From NCBI GenBank assembly GCA_963773065.1, contig CAVYZN010000009.1, positions 32,001-96,000 on the forward strand: 64,000 bases of DNA, in the 5' to 3' direction. Shown here one piece after another: positions 21,801 through 32,892 of the stretch (position 1 is the first letter of the stretch; the number at the start of each line of letters is the position of its first letter). A program made the position numbers and the translations under genes. This stretch comes from an uncultured Gammaproteobacteria bacterium (GTDB lineage Bacteria; Pseudomonadota; Gammaproteobacteria; UBA9214). The notes beneath the pieces were generated by a model that was given only the letters and a program-made list of their open reading frames with translations, was not told the DNA's origin and did not search any database.

Positions 21801-22682
21801 GCCAGTTGGCGCCGATTTGCGCGGAACCCTCATTCAATTCACCGCCGAGGTAATAGGTGTGATTGTAGGCCTGATCGCGCGCCGCCAGCAGGCTGAGATT
21901 GCCGATGACCATGGACGGAATATAGGCAAACACCTCGGAGCCGTCCGCCTCGTCGAGGATATGCAACATGCCGTCGTTGGCGGGTGCGGCGATACGCCCG
22001 GCGCGGCTGGCGTTGGCGGTCGCGAAGGCGGTATAACCGGTCACCTTCCCAAGCAGTTCCTTGGGTGGGCCGATATAGACCAGTGAAGTGGTGATGTCGC
22101 CCAGCAGGCTGTAACGGGTGCGGAAGTAGCCGTCGATTGACTCTTTCGTTGGTATGGTCGCCGCGGATGTAATTCAACACGTCACTGCCGTAGGGATCGG
22201 CATTGATGGTCGGGTCCGCCGACGGCCGCCGTCACGGTGGCGGGATCCAGCGCCGTCCTTTGGGTCGGGCTGAGCTTGTCCCAGAAGAAGTTCTTCTGGC
22301 CGGCGTTGTTGGTAATGATATTGCGGTTCTGCCAGTAGTTGGAATCAGCCGCTTCCTCGGCGGCAAACGTGGCGCGCGCCATCCAGTTGCTGCCCGGAGC
22401 CGAAGGGGGATTGGAACCCACCAGCGCATCCGTTGTGCGGGTGCCATCCGCCAGGATGTCGTACTCGATGACATCACCCTGCCATGCCCCGTTCTCGAAC
22501 CATGGCCGGTAGGCTTTGGTGGCGCCCGCGGTGAGATCCCTGTCCTGCATCGCATACTGTCCGATCGTGACCGGAGGCTGGGTTGAAGGATTGAATACCA
22601 CGACGGCAAAGATCAGTGTGCTGATGCCCAGCGCCAGCAGCGCAACGATCTTCAGATGACGGTTTTTGGTTGCTATCTTCAT
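18830..22682 (-). CDS. pilY1: PilY1/PilC-like tip adhesin, split by several frameshifts
   Basis: LNYIRGD, ANDGMLH, EVFAYIP, FALD, Ca-loop TDGDDIPDLAFAGDLNG, YFGTG, terminal GRRNWVDI; the ORF pieces are contiguous. Confidence 0.82.
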
Positions 22683-22698
22683 GGTGCTTCTCCAGTGA

Positions 22699-23302
22699 TC
22701 AGGGCGTAGGCGGCAGTGGATCGGTGACGACCACCGACTGCACGATGCGTTTGGCTCCGCGCGAGCTCTCGCTCTGCGCGGTTACCAGAAAAACCTGCAC
22801 GATGGCGCCGGGCAGGGGGTTGATTGTGCCAGTGTACGAGGCATCTTCGCCCTTGCTGTTATCGAGTCCCCGCGTTCTCAATGACATATTCGCCGGTGCC
22901 GTCGTCCGCCGTGCCGTCAGCATTCGTGTCGCTGCCATCGGCGTTCATATCGGGGATCGAAATTTTTTCGCTGGTGAAGGGCCACACGAGGTCCTTCGGC
23001 GTCCCACCGGGGGTCGTATCCACGGTGTAATACTGGTCATCGTCACCCCAGGCGCCAAACGGCACGACCCCTGCTTTGGCGATATCCTCGATATCCTTTT
23101 CGCCTCTTGCCAGCACGTACTCGGCATTGTTGAGGGCGGTCGTCTGGAACTGGGCATTGCCCGACATCAGGTTTTCAAGCCGGGAGAGGTTCATGCCGAA
23201 GACGCCGAGGATGGTCAGGATCAAGAGAAAGATCAGCGCCATGAACAGCGCGGCGCCGTCTTGCCGGTGTGCCGCGGGTAGCTGGTGTCGGGTGTATCGC
23301 AT
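22699..23302 (-). CDS. pilX: type IV minor pilin PilX (frameshift near 22880)
   Basis: QDGAALFMALIFLLILTILG...ALNNAE; C-terminal part in another frame. Confidence 0.85.
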
Positions 23303-23316
23303 AATCGGATCTCCGC

Positions 23317-24325
23317 TTAGCGGTTGCGCAGCCTGATGGTCGAGGTATAGAGCTGGCGGCGGTAACCGTCGTTGGGCGTGTAATTCGCGCCGGCCATGGT
23401 GTAGGTTGACTCGTTGGTAAAGCCGGTTTCCGGACACTCGGCGCGCACCAGCAGCCAGATGCGGGCGGCGATGACCTGGCCCCACATGGCATCACCGGCG
23501 GCCGCGGCATCCAGGTAGCTGTCGACGGAATTGTCGTTGTCGGTGTCCACGCCGTACTGGACCTGGAAGTCATCCACGCCGTAGGCGATTTCCTCGGTGG
23601 CCAGTGCCCCGTTCACCAGTGTCATACGATACAGCGACGGGACTTTGCCGGCCGTGGGGCACTTGTCGTTCGTGCTGGCGGCATGAATGAAATAGCCGTG
23701 GGCCACGAGCTCGGCGGTTCTGACCGCCGGGGCGTCGATGAGTCGGGACACGCCCGTCACCCTCGCCATCACGCTGCCCTTGAACAGCCGGCCTTCGAAC
23801 AGCGAGGACCGCAGATAAAACTGGTCATTTTAATAACTTCGGGGTGGTCACGCCACCGACTTCCCAGGGCGCGGCATAGCGCAGCACCAGGATATCCCCC
23901 TTGTGAACCGTATCGGCGGGCAGGCAGGTATAGCCCGTGCGGGTGTCATTCTTGCCGAAGATCCGGTGGGTCAGCATGCGCGCCCAGTTTGACATCCGCA
24001 CAGGTGCCGTCATCGGTGGCCACCTTGTCGCCATTCTGGCCCCGCCCGGTGTGTGATCCTCGATTGCGGTGATATCGGCATTGCCGCCCCAGAAGCCGGC
24101 CCGGCGCACGTCCTGCTCGAGGGTTTCCATGGCATAGCGGCCGTTTTCCTGCAGGCGTCCCAGCGAGTCCTGCACCACGAAGCTTTTCTTGGAGCTGAGA
24201 AAGATTTGCCCTATCCCCGCCAGCAGAATCAGGGTGATGACCAGCGCCACCATCAGTTCAACCAGGCTGAAACCGCGGTTAAGGCTGGGCAGTCTGGATA
24301 GGTTATTTCCGTTGCTCATGTTCAT
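23317..24325 (-). CDS. pilW: type IV minor pilin PilW (frameshifted)
   Basis: RGFSLVELMVAL, LQENGRYA, QVQYGVDTD, TIRLRN. Confidence 0.88.
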
Positions 24326-24829
24326 TCCGAGTAGACCAGGCGAAAACAGCGGCGATCGTCTTTACTGAGTGGCGGGCAATTGATGCCGGTAGCGCCAGAG
24401 CGCGCCTCATCCCAGTAGACCGTGATGATATGGGTAAGGCCGTCGCAGCCGTCCGCTGTATCGCATTGCGTGATCTCGCTGGCGCCGCCGGGCAGCCTGT
24501 TCACGCTGTCGCGCCACTCGGTGAGGTCGGTCAGCGCCGTGCCGGTGGCGCTCGTATCCCCCGGGGCATCGGTCAGGCCAATGACATACTCGCCTGCACG
24601 CTGACTCCCTGTGAGGGTTGGCGCGCATGCGGTCGGTGATGTCATAGGCCGCCTGTGTGGCCAGCGTGCGCATGGTGGCCATCTGGTTGGAGCGCAGTCC
24701 CGTGGTCTGCAGCGCGGCCAGTCCCAGCAGGCCGATGGACAGGATCAGCAGGGCGATCAGCACCTCGAGGAGGGTGAAGCCGTGCTGGTTCTTTTCCTGG
24801 ATGTATGTTTTGCCTGGCATCGTCGTCAT
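24322..24829 (-). CDS. pilV: type IV pilus modification protein PilV (frameshift near 24610)
   Basis: GFTLLEVLIALLILSIGLLGLAALQ...DRMRAN. Confidence 0.9.
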
Positions 24830-24837
24830 ATCCCTGT

Positions 24838-25416
24838 TCAACTGCATGCGCACTTGCACGTCGAGACCAGGGTGTGTCCCTGTTGTGTGACTGTCAATCT
24901 TGCGGGCCTGATTTTTCTCGCAGTTCTTGGCCTTGAGCGTGAATTCAACCGTTTTCACCATTTTCATCTGGACAGCTAGTTGGGTGATAGGTGGTGCCAG
25001 ACAGGCCGGTGGGGAGAAAACGCAACGATTGTCGGCATGGTTGTCAAGGTACTCCCCGATGAAAGACCGGTGCGGGTCGCCATGATGCAGTCTTCCGTTT
25101 CGAGACACTTACCCGTGCCGACATCCGGGGCATTATTGAGGTTCAGGTCCGAGAAAACGATCCAGCCGTCCGCCCAGGTGTCCTTGCCGGTGCACGTTGC
25201 CTGGTTACTACTGGCGCAGACCACCGCATTCGTGCCGCGTTTCAGGGCTTCGCTGCGCGCGAGCTGGATGGCGGAGACCAGATCATTGGTCTGACCCGTT
25301 ACGCGGTTGTTCTTGATAAAGTCCTGGAAGGACGGAACGCCCGCGGCCAGCAAGATGGTCAGCACGACGATGGTGATCAGTAATTCCACCAGGGTAAATC
25401 CGGAATCGTTATCCAT
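24838..25416 (-). CDS. fimT: GspH/FimT-family pseudopilin (frameshifted)
   Basis: SGFTLVELLITI...LARSEALKR...WADGWIVF; first gene of the operon (FimT vs FimU not resolved). Confidence 0.8.
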
Positions 25417-25704
25417 AGTCAATGTATTACAAACCTCGCTCATCAATGTCATCCGCTATAAGATAAGCGGCTGATATTACCCGACAGGCGGCCTGTTTGC
25501 CTCGAATTGTGCGCCAGTTTTCCGGCAGTTCTTGCCGGAGAAAGCGCGCGTAGTCTGGCAGACTTTAGAAAACTCTCAAGGTATTCCACTCGTCCGCAGG
25601 GAGAGGGCTGGAGTGGTGAGCCGGTACGGCTGAATCGTGTTAACCCCTGATCCCCCGGCACCGCCCCTGTGTGTAAAGGGGGAGATTCATAACGGCGCCT
25701 CTCG

Positions 25705-25731
25705 TTATCGGTAGGAAGGCGGCGTGCTTTA
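25705..25731 (-). promoter_or_regulatory. sigma-28 (FliA)-type promoter upstream of the minor pilin operon
   Basis: Minus strand TAAA-N15-ACCGATAA versus consensus TAAA-N15-GCCGATAA. Confidence 0.6.
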
Positions 25732-25795
25732 CCCGATTGCTGCCTGCCCGGGATCGGTTGACAGGTCAGGATGACGTGATGGCGAGTGACTATTA

Positions 25796-26896
25796 ATGAT
25801 GGACTGTATCGTCGTGGGCGGTGGTCTGCTGGGACTGTTGAGCGCGCGAGCCCTAAGCCAGGCCGGGGCCGCGGTCACCCTGCTGGAACGGGGAGAGACC
25901 TGTCGTGAATCCTCCTGGGCCGGCGGGGGGATTTTGTCGCCACTGATTCCCTGGCAATATCCGGATGCGGTCTCGGCGCTGGTTACCTGGAGTCAGCAGG
26001 CCTATCCGGTTTTGGCCGGGGAATTGCAGGTAGAGACCGGCATCGACATCGAATGGGTGCGGAGCGGTCTGCTGATGCTCGATGTCGAGGTTGACCGGAT
26101 GATCGAGGATTGGGCGGAGCGCTATGATTGCCGGCTGCTGGCCCTCGATGGAGTTCAGACAAAATCGCTGGAACCGTGCACTGGCGGACGGTTTCCGGTC
26201 TTCGATCCTCATGTCTGATGTGGGGCAGATACGCAACCCGCGTCTTTGCAAGGCTCTGCGCCTATCCCTGCATCTGCGGGGCGTCGCCATTCACGAGAAC
26301 ACGGCCGTCCTTGGGCTCATCGCGCGGGGTGGGGTGATTCAGGGGGTCAGGACAGACCGGGGGGAATACCACGCTGGACGGGTCGTTATCGCCGCCGGCG
26401 CCTGGAGCGCGCAGTTGCTCAAGGACTCCGGGCTGGAACTTCCCGTCAGCCCGGTGCGCGGCCAGATGATTCAGTTCCGGGCCCCTGCGGATATGCTGAA
26501 GCATATCGTCCTCTATCAGAACCATTATCTTATTCCTCGCCGGGATGGCCTCATCCTGGCCGGCAGCACCGTGGAATACGCCGGTTTTGACAAGTCGACG
26601 ACGCCGGAAGCGCGCGATGAACTGATGCGACGGCAATCGCCCTCGTTCCGGCATTGTCCGATTGCGAGCTTGTCAGGCAGTGGGCCGGTCTGCGACCCGG
26701 ATCGCCGGACGGGGTACCCTTTATCGGTGAGCATCCGCGGATTCAGGGTCTGTTTGTGAATACCGGTCACTTCCGCAACGGCGTGGTGATGGCGCCGGCA
26801 TCGACACGGGTTCTTCTGGACCTGATGCAGAACCAGACCGGTTTTACGGATCCTGCTCCCTATGCGATTGAGAAATATGTGAAATCAAATGCTTGA
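25796..26896 (+). CDS. thiO: glycine oxidase ThiO-like FAD oxidoreductase (two frameshifts)
   Basis: VGGGLLG, ESSWAGGGILSP, AGAWS, PVRGQ, WAGLRP, GHFRNGV. Confidence 0.88.
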
Positions 26897-26944
26897 AACG
26901 GCCGGGCGTAGACGCTGGGCAGGATTGCGGATTATACTCAGTAC

Positions 26945-27385
26945 GTGGAAAAACACTCTCATAGACAAATGCTTAGCTCACATGATCTGGCGGGGCTGCT
27001 GAAAAGCCATGATATTCTTCCGACCCGCCAACGGGTGATAATCGCGCGCGTGCTGTTTAACCGCGTCCAGCACCTTTCCGCCGATCAGGTAATGCAGTAT
27101 GTGAATGACGGCAGGGACCATGTTTCCAAGGCTACGGTCTATAACACGCTGGGACTGTTTGCGCGCAAGGGGCTGATCCGCGAGGTCATCGTGGACCCCA
27201 CGCGGGTGTTCTATGACCCCAACACGAGCAATCATCACCATTTCTACAACATCGATACCGGCGAACTCAGGGACATCGAGGCTACCGAGCTTGCCATTGA
27301 AGCGCTGCCTGAACTGCCGGAGGGGACGGTAGCCGACGGTGTTGATGTCATTATCCGCCTGCGCAACACCGCACAAACACACTGA
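26945..27385 (+). CDS. Fur-family regulator (Irr-like)
   Basis: PTRQR, HLSAD, SKATVYNTL, HHHF; no CxxC motifs. Confidence 0.88.
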   Translation: MEKHSHRQMLSSHDLAGLLKSHDILPTRQRVIIARVLFNRVQHLSADQVMQYVNDGRDHVSKATVYNTLGLFARKGLIREVIVDPTRVFYDPNTSNHHHFYNIDTGELRDIEATELAIEALPELPEGTVADGVDVIIRLRNTAQTH

Positions 27386-27454
27386 GTCTGCATTGGCCGG
27401 CCGTTGCCACTTTTGCTTCCTGTACCATCGTCGTTCTATACTCCCACGCCGCAC

Positions 27455-27530
<76 letters not shown>

Positions 27531-27568
27531 TTCCATCCTTACACGAGTGTATTTTCGAAGCGCCCTCT

Positions 27569-27696
27569 ATAGTGTTCATCCATAAACACCGTTCTCACCG
27601 CAGAGACGCAAAGGACGCAGAAGAAATTCTTTAACGGAAACAATTAAACACTTTGCGCCTTTGCGGTGAGTTTATTTCTTTATGGATGAACACTAT
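27569..27696. mobile_element. 128 bp MITE-like element with nested inverted repeats
   Basis: Perfect 18 bp terminal IR ATAGTGTTCATCCATAAA (27569-86 / 27679-96) enclosing CGCARAG arms (27594-613 / 27651-70). Confidence 0.7.
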
Positions 27697-27970
27697 TTTG
27701 AAGGACAGGCTGCAAACGAGTTGGCAAAACCTGTATAGTCGTTACCCGGAATTTCTGGTTGCTTGCATACCCGGCATGAGTCTCTGGTCGCGGTCTTTTC
27801 TAAGGGTGTCTTGCCGCGCGGTGATTGGCGAGGCAACCCGTTAAGTGACTTCTCACCATTGGCAAGTCGGGGATCCCTCTCCTCTCTCCCGGCCGTTAAA
27901 CCGTGAAAATCCGATGAGGCTCCTGTGTCGCGGGTTTTTCATTATGGAGAGTGACAGGCACTACCAGACT

Positions 27971-29791
27971 ATGATCGAGAATCTGCGAAATATCGCCATC
28001 ATTGCGCATGTAGATCACGGCAAAACTACCCTCGTTGACCAGCTTCTGCGCCAGTCGGGAACGCTGGATGCACGGGTTGTGATCCCTGACCGGGTGATGG
28101 ATTCCAACGACCTGGAACGGGAACGCGGTATCACCATACTGGCAAAGAACACCGCCATCCGCTGGGGCGAGTACCGGATCAATATCGTTGACACCCCCGG
28201 CCATGCCGATTTCGGCGGCGAGGTGGAACGCGTGCTGTCGATGGTCGATTCGGTGCTGTTGCTGGTGGATGCCGTGGACGGACCCATGCCGCAGACGGGT
28301 TTTGTCACCCGTAAGGCCTTCGCGCAGGGGTTGAAACCGATAGTCGTCATCAACAAGATAGACCGGCCGGGCGCGCGTCCGCACTGGGTGCTCGATCAGA
28401 CCTTTGAGCTCTTCGATCGCCTCGGGGCCACCGATGAGCAGCTCGACTTTCCCGTGGTTTACGCCTCCGCCCTGCTGGGTTATGCCGGCGTCGAAGCGGA
28501 CCGGCTCAGTAACGACATGACGCCGCTGTTCGAGGCCATTGTGCGACATGTCGAACCGCCACAGGTGGACCCGGAAGGCCCGTTCCAGCTGCAGGTGTCT
28601 TCCCTGGACTACAGCAGTTATGTCGGCGTGATCGGTATCGGTCGTATCACCCGCGGCCGCGCAAGGGCCAACATGCCGGTTACCGTCGTGGACCAGAGTG
28701 GCAGGCGGCGCACCGCCCGCATACTGCAGATCCTTGGTTTCCTGGGTCTTGAGCGGGTAGTGGTGCCGGAGGCGCAAGCCGGTGACATTATTGCCTTCAC
28801 CGGTATCGACGGGCTCAAGATATCGGATACCCTCTGCGACCCCTCCAGCGTGGAAGCCTTGCCGCCACTGTCCGTAGATGAACCCACCGTCAGCATGACC
28901 TTCCAGGTCAACAATTCACCCTTCGCGGGACGTGACGGCAAGTACGTCACCTCGCGCAACATCCAGGAACGACTCAATCGCGAGCTGCTGCACAACGTGG
29001 CATTGCGTGTGGAAAACACCGGAGACCCGGACAAGTTCCGGGTGTCCGGGCGGGGTGAGCTGCATCTGGCCATCCTCATCGAGAACATGCGCCGCGAAAG
29101 CTATGAACTCGGTGTTTCCCGGCCCGAGGTCATTATCCGGGAAATCGACGGCGTGAAACAGGAACCCTATGAACAGGTGACCGTTGATGTCGAGGAGACG
29201 CACCAGGGTACCGTGATGGAGAAACTGGGCGCACGCGGCGGTGAACTCACGGATATGATGCCGGATGGCAAGGGCCGGGTGCGGCTGGACTATATCATGC
29301 CATCCCGCGGACTGATCGGCTTTCGCACCGAGTTCCTCACCGGGACGCAGGGCACCGGATTAATCTACAGCGTGTTCTCCCACTACGGTCCCATCAAGCC
29401 GGGTGAATACGGGCAGCGCATCAACGGTGTCCTGATTTCCAACGGTGCCGGGAAGGCGCTGGGCTACGCCCTGTTCAATTTGCAGGAAAGGGGGCGGCTT
29501 TTTATCGGTCCTGGCGACGAGGTCTATGAGGGCGCCATTGTCGGCATCCATTCCCGCGGCAATGATCTGGTGGTCAATCCGCTAAAGGCGAAGCAGTTGA
29601 CCAACATTCGGGCGGCGGGCTCGGATGAAAACATCCTGCTGACGCCGCCCATACGCATGAGCCTGGAGCAGGCGCTGGAATTCATCGACGATGATGAGCT
29701 GGTGGAGGTGACGCCGCACCACATCCGGTTGCGCAAGAAGCAGCTTCTGGAGCATGAGCGCAAACGGGCATCACGCATTGCCTCGGCCTGA
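27971..29791 (+). CDS. typA: translational GTPase TypA/BipA
   Basis: [44 protein letters not shown]. Confidence 0.97.
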   Translation: MIENLRNIAIIAHVDHGKTTLVDQLLRQSGTLDARVVIPDRVMDSNDLERERGITILAKNTAIRWGEYRINIVDTPGHADFGGEVERVLSMVDSVLLLVDAVDGPMPQTGFVTRKAFAQGLKPIVVINKIDRPGARPHWVLDQTFELFDRLGATDEQLDFPVVYASALLGYAGVEADRLSNDMTPLFEAIVRHVEPPQVDPEGPFQLQVSSLDYSSYVGVIGIGRITRGRARANMPVTVVDQSGRRRTARILQILGFLGLERVVVPEAQAGDIIAFTGIDGLKISDTLCDPSSVEALPPLSVDEPTVSMTFQVNNSPFAGRDGKYVTSRNIQERLNRELLHNVALRVENTGDPDKFRVSGRGELHLAILIENMRRESYELGVSRPEVIIREIDGVKQEPYEQVTVDVEETHQGTVMEKLGARGGELTDMMPDGKGRVRLDYIMPSRGLIGFRTEFLTGTQGTGLIYSVFSHYGPIKPGEYGQRINGVLISNGAGKALGYALFNLQERGRLFIGPGDEVYEGAIVGIHSRGNDLVVNPLKAKQLTNIRAAGSDENILLTPPIRMSLEQALEFIDDDELVEVTPHHIRLRKKQLLEHERKRASRIASA

Positions 29792-29888
29792 GTGCAATCA
29801 CACCTGCCGTTGCGAATTGGCCCGCTTCAGGCGGATCTGTTCACAATGAACCTTAGAGATATTAACAACAGTTCGGTGGCTGCGACGT

Positions 29889-30461
29889 CTATGGAGTGCA
29901 GGTCGAGATATTGTCGCTGTACATCTTCGGGATTCCGCTGGGCGCCACGACGATCTGTCTGCCATTGTCTTTTCCGCGGTTGTCGCAGATCGACATCATA
30001 GCGGTAGCCCCGCCTTCATTGGTGGAACCGTTCGGGTTGAATTCCAGGTTCTTATTCCAGGCTGAGCTGGTGCGTATATTGACACCGGATGGCGCGGGCT
30101 GTCCGCGGCGTAACAGGATATCGCTGCCTGCGTCGTAGACACTGTTCGCGGCGTTACCGTTATCGGCGAAGATGAGATATCCCCAGGTCCAGGTATATTC
30201 GGTTGGTGAATCGATATTACATTGCGGCGTGCTCGCATTGGGATTCTTGCTTCTGCACAGGATGACACGCACGTCCCGCTTGGCCGCCTCGCTGCGCGCA
30301 AAATGGATATCCGTGATGACGTCGTTGACCCGTGTTGCCAGCCGGTTGTCCTTGATGGTGTTGCTCACGCTGGGTACGGCGGTCGAAAGAATGATGGCGG
30401 CGACGCCCAGTGTGATAATCACCTCAGGAATCGTGAAGCCTCTGCAAGTTTTCTGTCTCAT
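29889..30461 (-). CDS. GspH/FimT-family pseudopilin (stand-alone)
   Basis: RGFTIPEVIITLGVAAIIL, ARSEAAKR, FNPNG. Confidence 0.88.
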   Translation of the reverse strand: MRQKTCRGFTIPEVIITLGVAAIILSTAVPSVSNTIKDNRLATRVNDVITDIHFARSEAAKRDVRVILCRSKNPNASTPQCNIDSPTEYTWTWGYLIFADNGNAANSVYDAGSDILLRRGQPAPSGVNIRTSSAWNKNLEFNPNGSTNEGGATAMMSICDNRGKDNGRQIVVAPSGIPKMYSDNISTCTP

Positions 30462-30518
30462 GTGATCGCCCGATAATGTGGATAAACGACTGGCGGACAA
30501 GGTTGTCCACCAAGGTCG

Positions 30519-30545
30519 TTATCGACGGTAGTAACGATTTCTGTA
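30519..30545 (-). promoter_or_regulatory. sigma-28-type promoter upstream of the second fimT
   Basis: Minus strand TACA-N15-GTCGATAA. Confidence 0.5.
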
Positions 30546-30606
30546 TACCGCCAATGACGGGTATCGGGCTGATGTCAGGCGCCGCATCGGTGGCGGCGAT
30601 CGTGGA

Positions 30607-31446
30607 CTAGAGGTGAAATCTCATTGATAGATCAATGGCATGAAGGTTCTTCGTCAGTGCGCCGGTGGAAATGAAGTCGACCCCTGTTTGAGCGATGTCG
30701 CGGATATTTCCCAGCGTGATCCCCCCGGAGGCCTCCAGCCTGGCACGGCCGTCGACCAGTTGAACGGCGCTGATCAACGCCGCGATAGTGAAATTATCCA
30801 GCAGCAGGATATCCGCCCCTGCCGCCAGTGCTTCCATGATTTGCCCCTCATTCTCCACCTCTACCTCAACCGGCAGTCCCGGGCTGATCTTGCGGGCGGC
30901 CTGCACGGCCTGCTGGATGGAGCCGGTTGAGGCTATATGGTTTTCCTTGATCAGAATACCGTCATACAACCCCATGCGGTGGTTATGGCAACCGCCGATG
31001 CGTACGGCATACTTCTGCGCCTGACGCAGGCCGGGGATGGTCTTGCGGGTATCCAGGACCTTGACCGAGAGCCCGTTTACCGCATTGGCGTATTGACGCG
31101 CGCAGGTGGCAGTACCTGACAAGGATTGCAGAAAATTCAGCGCGGTCCGTTCACCGGTAAGGATGTGTGCCGCAGGGCCCCGGAGCGTACAGAGGACTTG
31201 GCCGGGGCGGATCGCATCTCCGTCTCTTGTTTCCCAGTTTACCGTGATGTCGGTATCCAGTTCGGCGAACACGGCATTGAACCAGGCCATGCCACACAGT
31301 ACGGCCGATTCACGGCTGATGACGGTTGCGCTGGCCATCCCACCTGCCGGTATCAATGCGGCCGTGATATCACCCGTGCCGATATCCTCGGATAATGCCT
31401 CGCGCACGCTATGCAGCAGCGCGCCTTCAAGAACTTCGAGCAGCAT
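30607..31446 (-). CDS. nadC: nicotinate-nucleotide pyrophosphorylase
   Basis: ERTALN, DTRKTIPG, LIKENH, EVEVE, LLDN, EASGG. Confidence 0.96.
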   Translation of the reverse strand: MLLEVLEGALLHSVREALSEDIGTGDITAALIPAGGMASATVISRESAVLCGMAWFNAVFAELDTDITVNWETRDGDAIRPGQVLCTLRGPAAHILTGERTALNFLQSLSGTATCARQYANAVNGLSVKVLDTRKTIPGLRQAQKYAVRIGGCHNHRMGLYDGILIKENHIASTGSIQQAVQAARKISPGLPVEVEVENEGQIMEALAAGADILLLDNFTIAALISAVQLVDGRARLEASGGITLGNIRDIAQTGVDFISTGALTKNLHAIDLSMRFHL

Positions 31447-31803
31447 TCAGGTAGAAATTTCCAGCAGTTCGATTTCGAATATCAGGGTGGCGTTGGGCGG
31501 TATGACGCCACCGGCGCCGCGTGCGCCATAGGCCAGAACGGGTGGGATGACGAGGCGACGGATTCCCCCTACTTGCATGCCCTTGACGCCTTCATCCCAG
31601 CCGGGGATGACGTAGCGGCAATCCAGGGGAAAGCTGAAAGGTTCATCGCGGTCCCGGCTGGAGTCGAACTTGGTGTGATCTTCCAGCCAGCCGGTGTAAT
31701 GGACAATCACGGTCTGGCCTCTGCCCGTGACAGTTTCGCCAGATCCCGGTTTGATATCCTCATAGCGTAAACCGCTGGCGGTGGTGGTTTCAGTCATGGT
31801 CAT
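31447..31803 (-). CDS. FKBP-type peptidyl-prolyl isomerase
   Basis: VHYTGWL, FDSSRDR, VIPGWDEG, IPPNATLIFEIELL. Confidence 0.95.
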   Translation of the reverse strand: MTMTETTTASGLRYEDIKPGSGETVTGRGQTVIVHYTGWLEDHTKFDSSRDRDEPFSFPLDCRYVIPGWDEGVKGMQVGGIRRLVIPPVLAYGARGAGGVIPPNATLIFEIELLEIST

Positions 31804-32078
31804 GTTCCTCCACTGAATCTATGCCGGAATAGTTCAGGGCAAGTGTATTTCCCCGCCGGCTAATGTCCAGTTTCTTCAGAAAAACAATTCCAGGCAGGAC
31901 GAGGTTCCGAGTCAGGCCACGATGGATATCGCCCAACTGTACTCCCTCATGGTTGTTTACGATGCATTCGATGCTGCCATTAACCACAGGGTGACGCTGA
32001 TGGGTCATGTTGTAGACCCGGCTCATCATTCCCGCGCATCCCTACGCTTCGAACCCTACCTACGATCCCTGTCGGCAT

Positions 32079-32103
32079 AAAAAACGCCCCGGAATGGGGC
32101 GTT
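32079..32103 (-). terminator. Rho-independent terminator
   Basis: AACGCCCC/GGGGCGTT stem with an A-run on the plus side. Confidence 0.6.
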
Positions 32104-32892
32104 AAATGCAGTGGCATTATGTGACTTTCATGTAGCGAAGAATGTTATACGCCACTGATAAGCAGAATATGCTTAAGCACTTGGCTTGTATATTGTCCCT
32201 GGGTGCATCGTACTTTGGTCCTATTCTGACAAACGCGAATGACGCTTGTTAGTTATCGTAAAGATCCTGAATATTGGGCACCTCACTCAGCCCAGTGGGC
32301 CGTAATCACACGGTGCGTCATGACACATCACTTCATGCTCCCCGACACTGACGGGAACCATGAGATATGATGCGATCTTGTTCAACCTATAACTGGCGAA
32401 GAAGAGTGCGATTGCGAACGCCCCGACCGCCCGGGTTTGGGCTGGTAGTAGTGCCCGGCCATACATATGATTTCCGGGCTTTCCTGAATCCACTGGCCGC
32501 ACCCAGGCTTGTCGAGGCGTCCTCGGATGGATTTAAAGGCTAGCAATCCAATGACTGCCATTTAGCCTTTTCCACCCTTATTGGAATTATAGTCAATCAC
32601 CATGAATCTGTATCATCGCCTTCGGGATGGTTTGGCATTGCCCTGATCCAAATCAACCGCCTTCGGAGAAAAGTCGAGAGGATGTTGTGATGGCGACATG
32701 CTATCCGGGCGCCAGCCGCGGTCAGAAAGCCGGATTCCTTGTAGTAATGTTATTTTCCCGTATTGTGATGATCCACTTTAATCACGTATATTCTGCGCAC
32801 CGGACATGATCCGCTGGTGCGCCCTGACTGACAGAGCAACACCGCCGGACGAGAACAAGGCAAGTCTCACAAACGGAACCCAGGGATAAACA

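Noticed and set aside
18830-25416. Phase variation of pilus genes by frameshifting
   Set aside because: No long homopolymer or SSR tracts at the breaks; indistinguishable from sequencing error without reads.
25440-25700. c-di-GMP riboswitch upstream of the pilin operon
   Set aside because: GEMM consensus elements not found on either strand.
32010-32066. REP-like GTAG/CTAC motifs
   Set aside because: Too degenerate, no palindromic stem and no second copy in the window.
32140-32810. Short ORFs between FKBP and the PilZ gene
   Set aside because: No recognisable motifs or RBS; cannot support a CDS call.
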